From Anaerosomatales bacterium (GTDB lineage: Bacteria; Actinomycetota; Coriobacteriia; Anaerosomatales; SLCP01), in contig JARGFT010000011.1 of assembly GCA_029210645.1 (NCBI GenBank), forward strand, positions 9,519 through 73,518: a DNA stretch of 64,000 nt. The letters run 5' to 3'. Position 1 is the first letter of the stretch. The number at the start of each line of letters is the position of its first letter. Positions 12,279 to 21,436 of the stretch are shown here, in pieces. A program made the position numbers and the translations under genes. The notes under the pieces are model-generated. The model did no database searches, had not been told where the DNA came from, and saw only the letters and a program-made list of their open reading frames with translations.

Positions 12279-12716
12279 CTACTCGGCGCTCTCCTCGGCG
12301 GGGGCCTCCTCGGCGACCGGTTCCTCGGCGGGAACCTCGTCGCCAACCGCATCAGCCACGCCCTGGGCCGCCGCAACCTTCGTCTCGTGCTTAGCTGCCT
12401 TGGCGGCCTTCTCGGCATCCTTCGCGGCGCGGGCCTCGCGGGCGGCAAGAGCAGCTTCCTCGTGCGCCTTCTGACGTGCGGCGCGCTCGGCGGCCTCCTT
12501 CTCGATGACGTTGGATGCCGAGGCACCGAATTTGTCGGCGAAACGCTGGACGCGACCGCCGGAGTCGACGAGCTTCTGGGTGCCGGTGTAGAACGGGTGG
12601 CACTTGGAGCAGAGCTCGACGTGGAGCTCTGCCTTGGTGGAGCGGGTCTTGAACGACTCGCCGCACGAACACGTCACCGTACTCTCGACGTAGTCCGGGT
12701 GGATACCCTCACGCAC
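12279..12716 (-). CDS. rpmE: Ribosomal protein L31 (zinc-ribbon type) with ~75-aa Ala/Glu/Lys-rich C-terminal extension
   Basis: N-terminal 70 aa reads REGIHPDY...CSCGES...[13 protein letters not shown] start lies 6 nt after a GGAGGTGA SD. The tail is low-complexity ([35 protein letters not shown]...). Confidence 0.92.
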   Translation of the reverse strand: MREGIHPDYVESTVTCSCGESFKTRSTKAELHVELCSKCHPFYTGTQKLVDSGGRVQRFADKFGASASNVIEKEAAERAARQKAHEEAALAAREARAAKDAEKAAKAAKHETKVAAAQGVADAVGDEVPAEEPVAEEAPAEESAE

Positions 12717-12737
12717 GTGCAGTCACCTCCGATAAGC

Positions 12738-12760
12738 GGCCCTGGTTTCCGACCAGGGCC
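12738..12760 (-). terminator. Hairpin between rho and rpmE (rho terminator or rpmE leader stem)
   Basis: Minus strand reads GGCCCTGGT-CGGAA-ACCAGGGCC, a perfect 9-bp stem. It lies 7 nt upstream of the rpmE SD and has no U-tract. Confidence 0.35.
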
Positions 12761-12833
12761 TGAGCAAGCCGAGCAAGTGTAGCACGCGTCCTGCAGGTGG
12801 GCAACGAGATATTGCAGCGCTCTCCGGGGGTCC

Positions 12834-14183
12834 CTACAGATCGACCCCGTTGCTCTTCTCGGCAGCCTTCTTGGCCATCCGGTGCAGGAACTCCTGGTTC
12901 GTCGGCACCTGGCGCAATCCCTTGATGAGCATCTCGATGGCGCGCTCGGAGTTGTCCACCCCGTGCAGGATGCGCCGCACGCCCCACACGAACGGTGCCT
13001 CCATCGGATCGAGGAGCAGCTCCTCCTTGCGCGTGCCGCTGGTGACCACGTCGATGGCCGGGAAGATCCGGCGGTCGGCGAGGCGACGATCGAGGCGCAG
13101 CTCCATGTTACCCGTGCCCTTGAACTCCTCGAAGATCACCTCGTCCATCTTCGAGCCGGTCTCGACGAGCGCGGTTGCCATGATGGTGAGCGATCCGCCG
13201 TGCTCGATGTTGCGGGCCGCGCCGAAAAAGCGCTTGGGCGGGTAGAGAGCGGTCGAATCGACACCACCAGAGAGGATACGCCCGCTCGCCGGGGTGGCGA
13301 GGTTGTAGGCGCGCGCGAGGCGGGTGATCGAGTCGAGCAGGATGACAACGTCGTACCCGCTTTCGACGAGGCGCTTCGCGCGCTCCATCAGGAGTTCGGC
13401 CACGGCGATGTGGTTGTCGGCCGGCATATCGAAGGTCGAGGAGACGACCTCGCCCTTGATCGAACGCTCCATGTCGGTGACTTCCTCGGGCCGCTCGTCA
13501 ACCAGCAGGCACATGAGGTGGACGTCCGGGTCGTTAGCCGAGATCGACGCGGCGATCTCCTTGAGGATGGTGGTCTTGCCGGCCTTGGGCGGCGAGACGA
13601 TGAGCCCGCGCTGCCCCTTGCCGATGGGCGCCACCAGATCGATGATGCGGGCGGTGAGCTCGTCCTTGCCCGTCTCCAGCCGGAAGCGCTCGTCGGGGTA
13701 GACCGGCGTCAGGTCGCGGAAGTGCTTGCGCCCGCGCGCCTGCTCCGGGCTCAGCCCGTTGACCGTGTCGATGCGCTGGAGGGCCGCGTACTTCTCGTTG
13801 TCCTTCGGTGGCCGCACCTGTCCGCGGATCAGGTCGCCGCGGCGCAGCTCGCCCCGGCGGATCTGCGACATCGAGCAGTAGACATCCGAATCACCCGGGA
13901 GGTAGCCAGCCGTGCGGATGAAACCGTAGCCCTCGGGAAGAACGTCGAGGATGCCGCCGATCTCGACGAATCCCTCGGCCTTGACCTTGGCCTCGAGGAC
14001 GACATCGATGAGTTCGTCCTTCTTCTTGAGCGCCTTGACGTCGAGGCCCAGTTCGGCCGCCATCTCTCTGAGCTCGACGACCTTCTTCGGCTCGAGGTCG
14101 GCGCGGGTTATCGAGGGCTGGGGCGGCTGCTGGGCAGGACCACCTCCGCCGCGGCGGCCGCGCTTACGGGGTCGTGCGCTCAT
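12834..14183 (-). CDS. rho: Transcription termination factor Rho
   Basis: Rho N-domain, Walker A ...PPKAGKTT... and a conserved C-terminus. Start trimmed to MSARPRKRGRRGGGG..., whose ATG forms an ATGA overlap with the fsa stop. Confidence 0.95.
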   Translation of the reverse strand: MSARPRKRGRRGGGGPAQQPPQPSITRADLEPKKVVELREMAAELGLDVKALKKKDELIDVVLEAKVKAEGFVEIGGILDVLPEGYGFIRTAGYLPGDSDVYCSMSQIRRGELRRGDLIRGQVRPPKDNEKYAALQRIDTVNGLSPEQARGRKHFRDLTPVYPDERFRLETGKDELTARIIDLVAPIGKGQRGLIVSPPKAGKTTILKEIAASISANDPDVHLMCLLVDERPEEVTDMERSIKGEVVSSTFDMPADNHIAVAELLMERAKRLVESGYDVVILLDSITRLARAYNLATPASGRILSGGVDSTALYPPKRFFGAARNIEHGGSLTIMATALVETGSKMDEVIFEEFKGTGNMELRLDRRLADRRIFPAIDVVTSGTRKEELLLDPMEAPFVWGVRRILHGVDNSERAIEMLIKGLRQVPTNQEFLHRMAKKAAEKSNGVDL

Positions 14184-14842
14184 GAGTTCTTTACCTTCTC
14201 CCAGTCGGCCAGGAACGACTCCAGGCCGCGATCGGTCAGCGGGTGCTTGATGCACTGCTGCAGGATCTTGAAGGGAACGGTCGCGATGTCCGCCCCCAGA
14301 AGCGCGGCACCCACCACGTGGCCGGGATGACGCACGCTCGCCGCGATGATCTCGACGTCGTGTCCGAAGTCGTAGTTGTTGATCGCGGCGACGGTGTTGC
14401 CGAGGTGCTCCAGCCCGTCCTCGGAGATGTCGTCGAAGCGGCCGATGAACGGCGAGATGTAGGCGGCTCCCGCGCGGGCGGAAAGCAGCGCTTGGGGCAC
14501 GGTGAAGCAGAGTGTCATGTTGACCTTGATGCCGCGCTCGAAGAGCTCGCGGGTCGCGGCGAGCCCCTCGGGCATCGTCGGGACCTTGACAACGACGTGC
14601 TCGTGCAACGCGGCGAGCTCGACGCCCTCGGCGACGATCTCGTCACGCTTCAGACTGACCGTCTCGGCCGAGACCGGCCCGTCCACGATCTCGCAGATTC
14701 GCACGATGTGCGCGTGGAAGTCGGCAAGCTTGCCGCCTTCGCGCGCGTAGAGCGTGGGGTTGGTGGTGACTCCCGAAACCGCTCCCCAGCTCGCGGCTTC
14801 CTCGATTTCGGCGATGTTCGCCGTGTCCAAGAAGAACTTCAC
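14180..14842 (-). CDS. Fructose-6-phosphate aldolase / transaldolase (type 3B, Fsa/TalC family)
   Basis: 220 aa, MKFFLDTANIAEI...GVTTNPTL...VKVP (Schiff-base Lys context). Confidence 0.88.
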   Translation of the reverse strand: MKFFLDTANIAEIEEAASWGAVSGVTTNPTLYAREGGKLADFHAHIVRICEIVDGPVSAETVSLKRDEIVAEGVELAALHEHVVVKVPTMPEGLAATRELFERGIKVNMTLCFTVPQALLSARAGAAYISPFIGRFDDISEDGLEHLGNTVAAINNYDFGHDVEIIAASVRHPGHVVGAALLGADIATVPFKILQQCIKHPLTDRGLESFLADWEKVKNS

Positions 14843-15792
14843 GTCCGGTCTTCCTCCTTCATAGTCACGCCGCTTTCAGGCGTATCTTCCGTGTTGCGCA
14901 GAACCTCGTTCACAACGTGCTCGAGCGTGTCTGCGACTGTGTGGTCGAGCTGATGGCTGTAGATGATCGGGACCCCGTGCTTGTCGGCCTGGTCCTCGAT
15001 GTAGAGACCGAGCATCCGGATGTTGTCGAAGTTGGACCGGTACCGCTCGAAGGGCCTGAGCCCGTCGGTCTGCACCTCGCGGATGTAGAAGTGGCTGCGA
15101 TGCGAGTCCTCGTCCTCGACAGCTATCAGGATCTGGACGACCCGGGCACCCGGGAAGTCCGACGGTTCGATGTATCCGGGAACGAGGTGGATACCTTCGA
15201 CTACCAGGCTGACGCCCTCTTTCATGCTCCGCTCGATGAGCGCCTTGACCCCGGATACGACCACTGCCGTCTGCTCCCGGAACCCGACGATGACCGGATC
15301 GGCTCCACGGGGTACCGGGACTCGGAGGCTGCGCCACGCTTCAAATGCGCTTGCATGGAGCGCGGGCATGAGTTCCTCGGTAAAGATAGCACGCATGACC
15401 TCACGAATGGAATCCGTCGACACGAAACGCGTGATGCCGAGCCGGTGTGCGACCTCTGCTGCGATGGTCGACTTGCCCACACCGGTGGTTCCGCCGATGA
15501 GCACGATCACGGGCGTGTCGATCCTGCTCAGCTCGTCCAGGTGCTGGTAGCGCTCGGCAAAGGACTCGCCCGCCATACGCTGCAGGTAGTCAACGGCAAG
15601 GTCCTTGAGCCGGCCCATCGTGATCGAGAGCTCGTCGCGCTCACGCAGGTCGTCCTGGATGGCCTGGGCCACCTCGTACGCCTTGCTCGGAGGCAGTCCG
15701 GTCGCCGTGAACGACTGGGCGAGGAGCCCCTTGGAGAACGGGAGCCCGTGTCGCTTGTCAGAAAGCGTGATGATCTTTCCCGTCGGGGGCAC
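14839..15792 (-). CDS. 2-phosphoglycerate kinase (archaeal Pgk2-type)
   Basis: P-loop ...LIGGTTGVGKSTIA... and overall resemblance to methanogen 2PGK. GTG start at 15792 lies 1 nt after the cpgS stop. The longer ORF to 15942 would overlap cpgS. Confidence 0.75.
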   Translation of the reverse strand: MPPTGKIITLSDKRHGLPFSKGLLAQSFTATGLPPSKAYEVAQAIQDDLRERDELSITMGRLKDLAVDYLQRMAGESFAERYQHLDELSRIDTPVIVLIGGTTGVGKSTIAAEVAHRLGITRFVSTDSIREVMRAIFTEELMPALHASAFEAWRSLRVPVPRGADPVIVGFREQTAVVVSGVKALIERSMKEGVSLVVEGIHLVPGYIEPSDFPGARVVQILIAVEDEDSHRSHFYIREVQTDGLRPFERYRSNFDNIRMLGLYIEDQADKHGVPIIYSHQLDHTVADTLEHVVNEVLRNTEDTPESGVTMKEEDRT

Positions 15793-15793
15793 G

Positions 15794-17137
15794 CTAAGCT
15801 CCCCTCTCTGCGCCGCGCTCGAGCGCGAGGCGCGACGCTTCCAGCAGCACTCCGTCAAGATCGCCCCCGTCCACCGGGACGGGCACGTTGTCACAGAGCA
15901 CGGTCGGCACCCCTGCCTCCTCGCCCGCGGTGGCCACCACATCGATCGCCGCAGCCTTGAGCTCGGTCAGGAGCAGGTCGTACTCCCCGGCGCATCGCTG
16001 CATGTCCCGTCTGAGCAGCGAGCGGTTCGACAGGTGGGAACTCGCGCCCACCACGGTGCAGCCGTACTCCTCCTCGAGATGGGCTGAGAGCTTGTCGAGC
16101 ACGGCCTCTGGTGCGGTGGTCGCGAAGAACACGCGGGCGCCGTCGACCGGCTCGATCGGCGCGGGCCGGAAGGTGGTCGTGGCAACCGGGAGTCCGGGGC
16201 GGGCCTCCTCTACGGCCTGCCGGACCGTCTCGATCTCCGCTGCCGACGCGTTGGGCTCCTCGGCCGTTGCGAGCACCACCGCATCAGCCTTGCCGAGCCG
16301 AAACGGCCCAAAGTAGTCGCGCACGTAGGTCAGACCGCGCCCGGCTCCCACTACGAGGATCGACGCATCCGCGTGGACCGGCGGGATCGCCGCGCCGGAA
16401 CCCTCGAGTACGAGCAGCTCCTTGCCGAGCGAGTCGGCAAGCCGCGCCCCCTCCACTACGTTGCTGAAGTAGGTCTCCCCTGCCATCCCGCCTCCGCAGC
16501 GGCGGCAACCAACCGTCGTGACCCGGCTCATGACGGCGTCCTCGTAGTTGTCCGAGGAGGCATGCTTGCCCTGCTTGGCGAGCTCGAGCAGTTCGGGCGT
16601 GGTCAGTGCGACCTCGTCGCCCCGGATGAGCTCGGGCTCGGCCGGACCGCCCCGGCCCATCGCGAGCACCACGATGTCGTGGCCCCGGGCTTTCAGCAGG
16701 CGCGCGACGTACGCCGAGATCGCCGTCTTGCCGACCCGCTTGCCGGTGCCGATGAGCCCCAGCGTGGGCGTCACGGTGTGCAGCGCGGCGGTGGGCGGCG
16801 AGAAGTGGAAGTCCGCGCCCCGGTACTCCACGCCGTGTGCGAGCGCGATGCCCGCGAGGCGGAAGCGGTCCGCGGAAGTCACGACCGGCTCGTCGGACAG
16901 GTCGACGACCAGGTCCGGGCTGTATCGCTCGACCGCCTCGGTCACGGCCCCCTCGGCGTCCGGAGCCGAGACGAGCGGCACGCCGTAGGTCTCGTGCCCG
17001 CCGTCGAGGTCGACCTTCTCGGTCCCACCGAGGAAGGCAGCTGCGACGACCTCATGCTCGGCAGCCAACTCCTCGAGCGCGAAGCGAACGACCGGCGGGT
17101 AGTGCTCGCCATCGATGAGCGCGACGACACGGCTCAC
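15794..17137 (-). CDS. Cyclic 2,3-diphosphoglycerate synthetase-like protein
   Basis: About 447 aa. N-terminus ...VVALIDGEHYPPVV... and P-loop-like ...GTGKRVGKT... fit my memory of methanogen cDPGS (~460 aa). GTG start forms a GTGA overlap with the upstream stop. Confidence 0.72.
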   Translation of the reverse strand: MSRVVALIDGEHYPPVVRFALEELAAEHEVVAAAFLGGTEKVDLDGGHETYGVPLVSAPDAEGAVTEAVERYSPDLVVDLSDEPVVTSADRFRLAGIALAHGVEYRGADFHFSPPTAALHTVTPTLGLIGTGKRVGKTAISAYVARLLKARGHDIVVLAMGRGGPAEPELIRGDEVALTTPELLELAKQGKHASSDNYEDAVMSRVTTVGCRRCGGGMAGETYFSNVVEGARLADSLGKELLVLEGSGAAIPPVHADASILVVGAGRGLTYVRDYFGPFRLGKADAVVLATAEEPNASAAEIETVRQAVEEARPGLPVATTTFRPAPIEPVDGARVFFATTAPEAVLDKLSAHLEEEYGCTVVGASSHLSNRSLLRRDMQRCAGEYDLLLTELKAAAIDVVATAGEEAGVPTVLCDNVPVPVDGGDLDGVLLEASRLALERGAERGA

Positions 17138-17931
17138 ACCGTCACCTCCCCGGCATCCGGGCGCCACCGGCAGTAGGTGCGGTGGACGTCATGGAAGTCC
17201 GCGACGCACTCGGCACCCGCGAAGGGCTCCTTGAGCAGCACGCGAACGCGCTCTCGGTGGTGGATCTCGACGATGTTGTAGCAGGGGCGCACCCGGCCGC
17301 GCAGGCGATGCGAACACGCCGTCCCCGCGTTGACGATGAGCATGTCCTCGAGCCGCCAGACGTTGGGCACGTGCTTGTGGCCGCAGAGCACCAGATCGGT
17401 GCCGCAGTTCGAGAGCACCCTGAGCATGTCTCCGGCGTCGTAGACGATGTTGCGTTCGCGTCCGGTGCCCGGCACCGGCACGAGATGGTGATGCAAGCAG
17501 ACGACCTTGAACTCGTCGGGCTCGCTGAAGCGCTCCTCGATCCAGCGGTACCGCTCGCGACCCACGCGACCGCTGTCGAGATCGGGCTCGGAGGAGTCCA
17601 GGCCGAGGAGGCGGATGCCCCCTGCCAGCAGCTCGCGACTGCGCGCACCGAAGAGCTCCGTGAAGTGCTCGTCGCCGACGTTTCGCGAGTCATGGTTGCC
17701 CATCAGCACGAGGCGGTTCGGGCACTCGATCCGGTCGAGCAGCCGCTGCGCCTGCGCGAACTCCTGACGAAACCCCATATCGGTGAGGTCGCCTGTCACG
17801 ACCACCACATCGGGCTCGAGCTCGTTGAGCTCGTCGATCACCCGGGTGGCCAGGCTCGGGATGTGGTAACGCGACCCGCAGTGCAGGTCGGAGATGTGGG
17901 CGATGACGAAAGGTGCGTTCTCGCTCACCAT
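17134..17931 (-). CDS. Calcineurin-like metallophosphoesterase
   Basis: Motifs ISDLHCG, VTGDLTD, GNHD, LHHH and GHKH are all present. Confidence 0.85.
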   Translation of the reverse strand: MVSENAPFVIAHISDLHCGSRYHIPSLATRVIDELNELEPDVVVVTGDLTDMGFRQEFAQAQRLLDRIECPNRLVLMGNHDSRNVGDEHFTELFGARSRELLAGGIRLLGLDSSEPDLDSGRVGRERYRWIEERFSEPDEFKVVCLHHHLVPVPGTGRERNIVYDAGDMLRVLSNCGTDLVLCGHKHVPNVWRLEDMLIVNAGTACSHRLRGRVRPCYNIVEIHHRERVRVLLKEPFAGAECVADFHDVHRTYCRWRPDAGEVTV

Positions 17932-17943
17932 CGACTCCCCCTC

Positions 17944-18936
17944 CTAGTGCGGAAGCGTGCGGCGGACAGCGTCGGCATCGGGCGCGAAGATGCCGAGGCG
18001 CTCGAGACGACTGCCGAATCCGATGAGGCTTCGCAGCAACCCGCTGTAGTCGTCGGCAATGTAGGTGACGACGTTCGGCTCGCCCTCGATACCACCCAGC
18101 TCGGCGGCACGGTCGAGCGCATCGTTGAAGGTGCCGAGGGAATCGACCAGCCCCATCTCGCGGGCGACCATGCCCGGCCACATCCAACCGGTCGCCATCT
18201 CCTCGACCTCATCGGCGGGAAGCGAACGACCTTCCGCAACGATGTCGATGAACTCGCGGTAGGCGACGTCGATGTACTCCTCGAAGAGCGCGGTCTCCGT
18301 TGCAGTCATGCTCCGGTACGCGCTCCCCGCATCCTTGTACTCGCCTGCGGTGAGCACGGTGAACTCGATGCCGAGCGTGTCCAGCAGGCCCTCGACGTTG
18401 GGTATCTGGGCGATCACGCCGATGCTGCCCACCGAGGAGGTGGGGGTGGCGACGATCTCGTCGCACTGCGAGGACACCATGTAGGCGCCCGAAGCGCAGA
18501 TGTCGCCGACGCTGACCACTATGGGCTTCTCGATGCGGGCGATCTCCATCGCGATCTCTTGCGACGCGGCCACCGTGCCTCCGGGAGAGTCGACCCGGAT
18601 AAGGATCGCCCTGACGGAGGGATCCTCATCGGCCTGCTGGAGCTGGTCGACGAAGTACTCGGGTGTGATGATTCCGCTGTAGACGTTTCCCGTCCCCGCG
18701 ATCACGCCGTCGAGATAGAGAAGCGCCACCGAGCCACCGGAGGTCCGGACCGTCGGGCCGCTATCGTATGCCCAGAATGCGACGAACGAGCACGCAAAGG
18801 CGGCGAGCAGCAGCACGACCACTGCGCCGATGAACCAGCGCCACCCCGTGCTCGATCGCTCCGGAGCAGGAGGAGCGGCAGGCGCGACGGGCTGCTCGGG
18901 GAGGTGTAGTGCGGAAGTGGTGCCCTGGTGTTCCAT
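17944..18936 (-). CDS. sppA: Signal peptide peptidase SppA (36K type)
   Basis: N-terminal TM helix followed by a ClpP/crotonase-like fold, with ...DICASGAYM... (catalytic Ser context). Confidence 0.85.
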   Translation of the reverse strand: MEHQGTTSALHLPEQPVAPAAPPAPERSSTGWRWFIGAVVVLLLAAFACSFVAFWAYDSGPTVRTSGGSVALLYLDGVIAGTGNVYSGIITPEYFVDQLQQADEDPSVRAILIRVDSPGGTVAASQEIAMEIARIEKPIVVSVGDICASGAYMVSSQCDEIVATPTSSVGSIGVIAQIPNVEGLLDTLGIEFTVLTAGEYKDAGSAYRSMTATETALFEEYIDVAYREFIDIVAEGRSLPADEVEEMATGWMWPGMVAREMGLVDSLGTFNDALDRAAELGGIEGEPNVVTYIADDYSGLLRSLIGFGSRLERLGIFAPDADAVRRTLPH

Positions 18937-19040
18937 GGATTCCTCCGCGCGAGGTGTGGATGTCGCGGCTGCGACAGCGGATGGCGGTGCTCTCTATATT
19001 CCCTGACCGTGGATTGTCCGGTCAACAACCGCAGCACACT

Positions 19041-19967
19041 TCAGGCCAGGGTGGCGCCCGAGCGCGATATCCCGACGGCGAGCGGCTCGCACCTTCCCTC
19101 GAGCCGCTCGATCGCGGGACGCGCCCGAGCGGCGATCTCCACCGCATGCGCGAGCGCGCTTGCATCATCGGCTTCGGCGACGAGCCCGATCACCGTCGGA
19201 CCGGCACCCGAGAGCGCGGCGCCGGTGGCCCCCGCGGCGAGCAAGGCGGAGCGCACCGCCTCCAGATCGCCCACCGCGGCAGCACGGTACGGCTCGTGGA
19301 TCCGGTCGGCCAGACCGGCGGCGAGTGCGCCTGCGTCGCCGAGCGCGATCCCCGCGACGAGCAGGCCGGCGCGACCGGCGCTGAACGCTGCGTCGGCGTG
19401 GGGCACTGTTGCGGGGAGCAGCTCTCGCGCGTCGGGCGTAGCGAGCTGAGCGTGCGCGCTCACGACAACGGCCGCAAGACCCCGGGCCGGCTCGAGTCGC
19501 ATACATCGTGGCGTCCCGTCACTCAGTGCCCAGCTCACGGTGAACCCGCCATAGAGTGCAGCCGCAACGTTATCGGGATGGCCTTCGATCTCGGTCGCGA
19601 GCGCCAGCAGGGTCTCGCGGTCCAGATCGCTCCCGCACAGCGCGTCTCCCAGGATGAGCCCGCCGACGATCGCCGCCGCCGACGAACCGAGCCCGGCACC
19701 CGGGGGAATGTTGTTCTCGCACCGCAGCGATGCGGCGAGTCCGGGACGGCCCGCCTCGGCGAACACCCGCGCCACCGAGCGCGCCACGCGGTTGTCGGCT
19801 CCGCTGGAGAGCAGCCCCTCACCCTCGCCGGCGACCTCGACGTGCCACTCCTCGGCGAGCTCGGCGCTGAACCGGTTGTGCAGCGCGAGCGCCAGGCCGA
19901 AGGAGTCGAATCCCGGACCGAGATTGGCGCTGGTCGCGGGTATCGTGACGGTGTGCACGCGTGGCAC
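19041..19967 (-). CDS. thrB: Homoserine kinase
   Basis: GHMP kinase motifs ...PATSANLGPGFD... and ...IPPGAGLGSSAA... Start at GTG 19967 or 19958, just after the hom stop. Confidence 0.92.
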   Translation of the reverse strand: MPRVHTVTIPATSANLGPGFDSFGLALALHNRFSAELAEEWHVEVAGEGEGLLSSGADNRVARSVARVFAEAGRPGLAASLRCENNIPPGAGLGSSAAAIVGGLILGDALCGSDLDRETLLALATEIEGHPDNVAAALYGGFTVSWALSDGTPRCMRLEPARGLAAVVVSAHAQLATPDARELLPATVPHADAAFSAGRAGLLVAGIALGDAGALAAGLADRIHEPYRAAAVGDLEAVRSALLAAGATGAALSGAGPTVIGLVAEADDASALAHAVEIAARARPAIERLEGRCEPLAVGISRSGATLA

Positions 19968-19974
19968 CGGGTTC

Positions 19975-21261
19975 CTAGAGGTCCTCGACGCGGAGGACCG
20001 AGTCGACCGACTCGACGATGTCGAGCTGCTCGATCTCGGCAAGCGCCGCCCGTACGGCCCGCTCGGTCGCACGATGCGTCACGTAGACGATCTCGGCTGT
20101 CGGTTCGTCGGCGCCCTTCTGGATGACGCTCGCGAGCGACACGCCGTGATCTCCGAAGGACGTGGCCACCCGGCCGAACACACCCGGCTGGTCGACGACG
20201 CGCAGCCGCAGGTAGTAGGAGGTCTCGAGGTCTCCCATGTCACGCACGGGCAGCTCCTCGTTGCAGGTGCAGCCGACCAGGCCGAGGCAGCCGCGGGAGA
20301 TGTGACGGGCCACCTCGATCACGTCGCCGACCACCGCGCTCGCCGCCGGCAGCGACCCGGCGCCCTCGCCGAAGAACATCGTCTCGCCGACCGAATCCCC
20401 GACGACATAGATCGCGTTGTAGACACCGTTGACGCCCGACATCGGGTGCGACATGCGAATCATCGTCGGGTGGACCCTGATGTCGATGCCGGCCTCTGTG
20501 CGCCGCGCGATCGCCAGCAGCTTGATCGCGTAGCCCATCTCCGCGGCGTAGGCGACGTCGGCCGCCGAGATCGAGCGGATACCCTCGGCCGGCACCTGGT
20601 CCATCACGACGCGGCTGTTGAACGCGATCGAAGCGAGGATGGCAATCTTGGCTGCAGCGTCGAGCCCGTCGACGTCAGCGGTCGGGTCCGCCTCGGCAAA
20701 CCCTTTATCCTGGGCCTCGGCAAGCGCGGAGTCGTAGTCGAGCCCGTCCTCGGCCATCCGTGTGAGCATGTAGTTCGTGGTGCCGTTGACGATGCCCATG
20801 ATGCTGGTGATCTCGTTGGACACGAGGCAGTGCTTGAGCGGACTTATGATCGGGATACCGCCGCCCACACTCGCCTCGAACGCGATGTCCACGCCGTGCT
20901 CCGCGGCAGTGTCCATGACCTCCTGGCCGTGGCTTGCCATGAGCGCTTTGTTGGCGGTCACCACGCTCTTGCCCGATGTGAGAGCCGTGAGTACCACGTC
21001 CCGCGCCACTCCGGTGCCACCGATGAGCTCGATCACGATGTCGAGTTCGGGGTCGGAGATGAGTTCGAACGCGTCCGTGGTGAACGTCTTCTCAGGCAGG
21101 CCGAGGGCCTCCGCGCGGCCGGCATCGCGATCCGCGAACCGCGTGAGACGGATGTCGACGCCGGCCCGCCTCCGGAAGTCCCCGGCATGCCGACCGAAGA
21201 TCTCCACGACTCCGGAGCCGACGGTTCCAAGGCCGATCAGGCCGACGTTGACGGTGCGCAT
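19975..21261 (-). CDS. hom: Homoserine dehydrogenase (with C-terminal ACT domain)
   Basis: 428 aa with Rossmann motif ...VGLIGLGTVGSG... and a conserved catalytic core. Confidence 0.95.
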   Translation of the reverse strand: MRTVNVGLIGLGTVGSGVVEIFGRHAGDFRRRAGVDIRLTRFADRDAGRAEALGLPEKTFTTDAFELISDPELDIVIELIGGTGVARDVVLTALTSGKSVVTANKALMASHGQEVMDTAAEHGVDIAFEASVGGGIPIISPLKHCLVSNEITSIMGIVNGTTNYMLTRMAEDGLDYDSALAEAQDKGFAEADPTADVDGLDAAAKIAILASIAFNSRVVMDQVPAEGIRSISAADVAYAAEMGYAIKLLAIARRTEAGIDIRVHPTMIRMSHPMSGVNGVYNAIYVVGDSVGETMFFGEGAGSLPAASAVVGDVIEVARHISRGCLGLVGCTCNEELPVRDMGDLETSYYLRLRVVDQPGVFGRVATSFGDHGVSLASVIQKGADEPTAEIVYVTHRATERAVRAALAEIEQLDIVESVDSVLRVEDL

Positions 21262-21436
21262 GACTTCCTCCGGTGCAGACTGCGGGACGGACCGGCGGTT
21301 GCCCGGTCAGAGCGTATTGTACCCGAGTCCCGGGCCGGGCCGGGTCGCGCCGCAGTGGTCAGACAACGGTCAGATGTGGTTGGCACCCATGTGGATACTC
21401 GGCATCGAACATACGTTTGACCGAGGGAGGCGGCCG

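Noticed and set aside
21381-21395. Sigma-54-like TGGCAC-N5-TGGA upstream of the peptidase gene
   Set aside because: The -12 element reads TGGA rather than TTGC/GC, and I see no enhancer-binding protein gene nearby. It is probably chance.
20777-21436. N-terminal 220 codons of the 434-aa plus-strand ORF that ends in the C39-like peptidase
   Set aside because: This part is antisense to hom and has shadow-ORF composition. A proper signal peptide begins at the internal ATG at 21437, which I used as the start.
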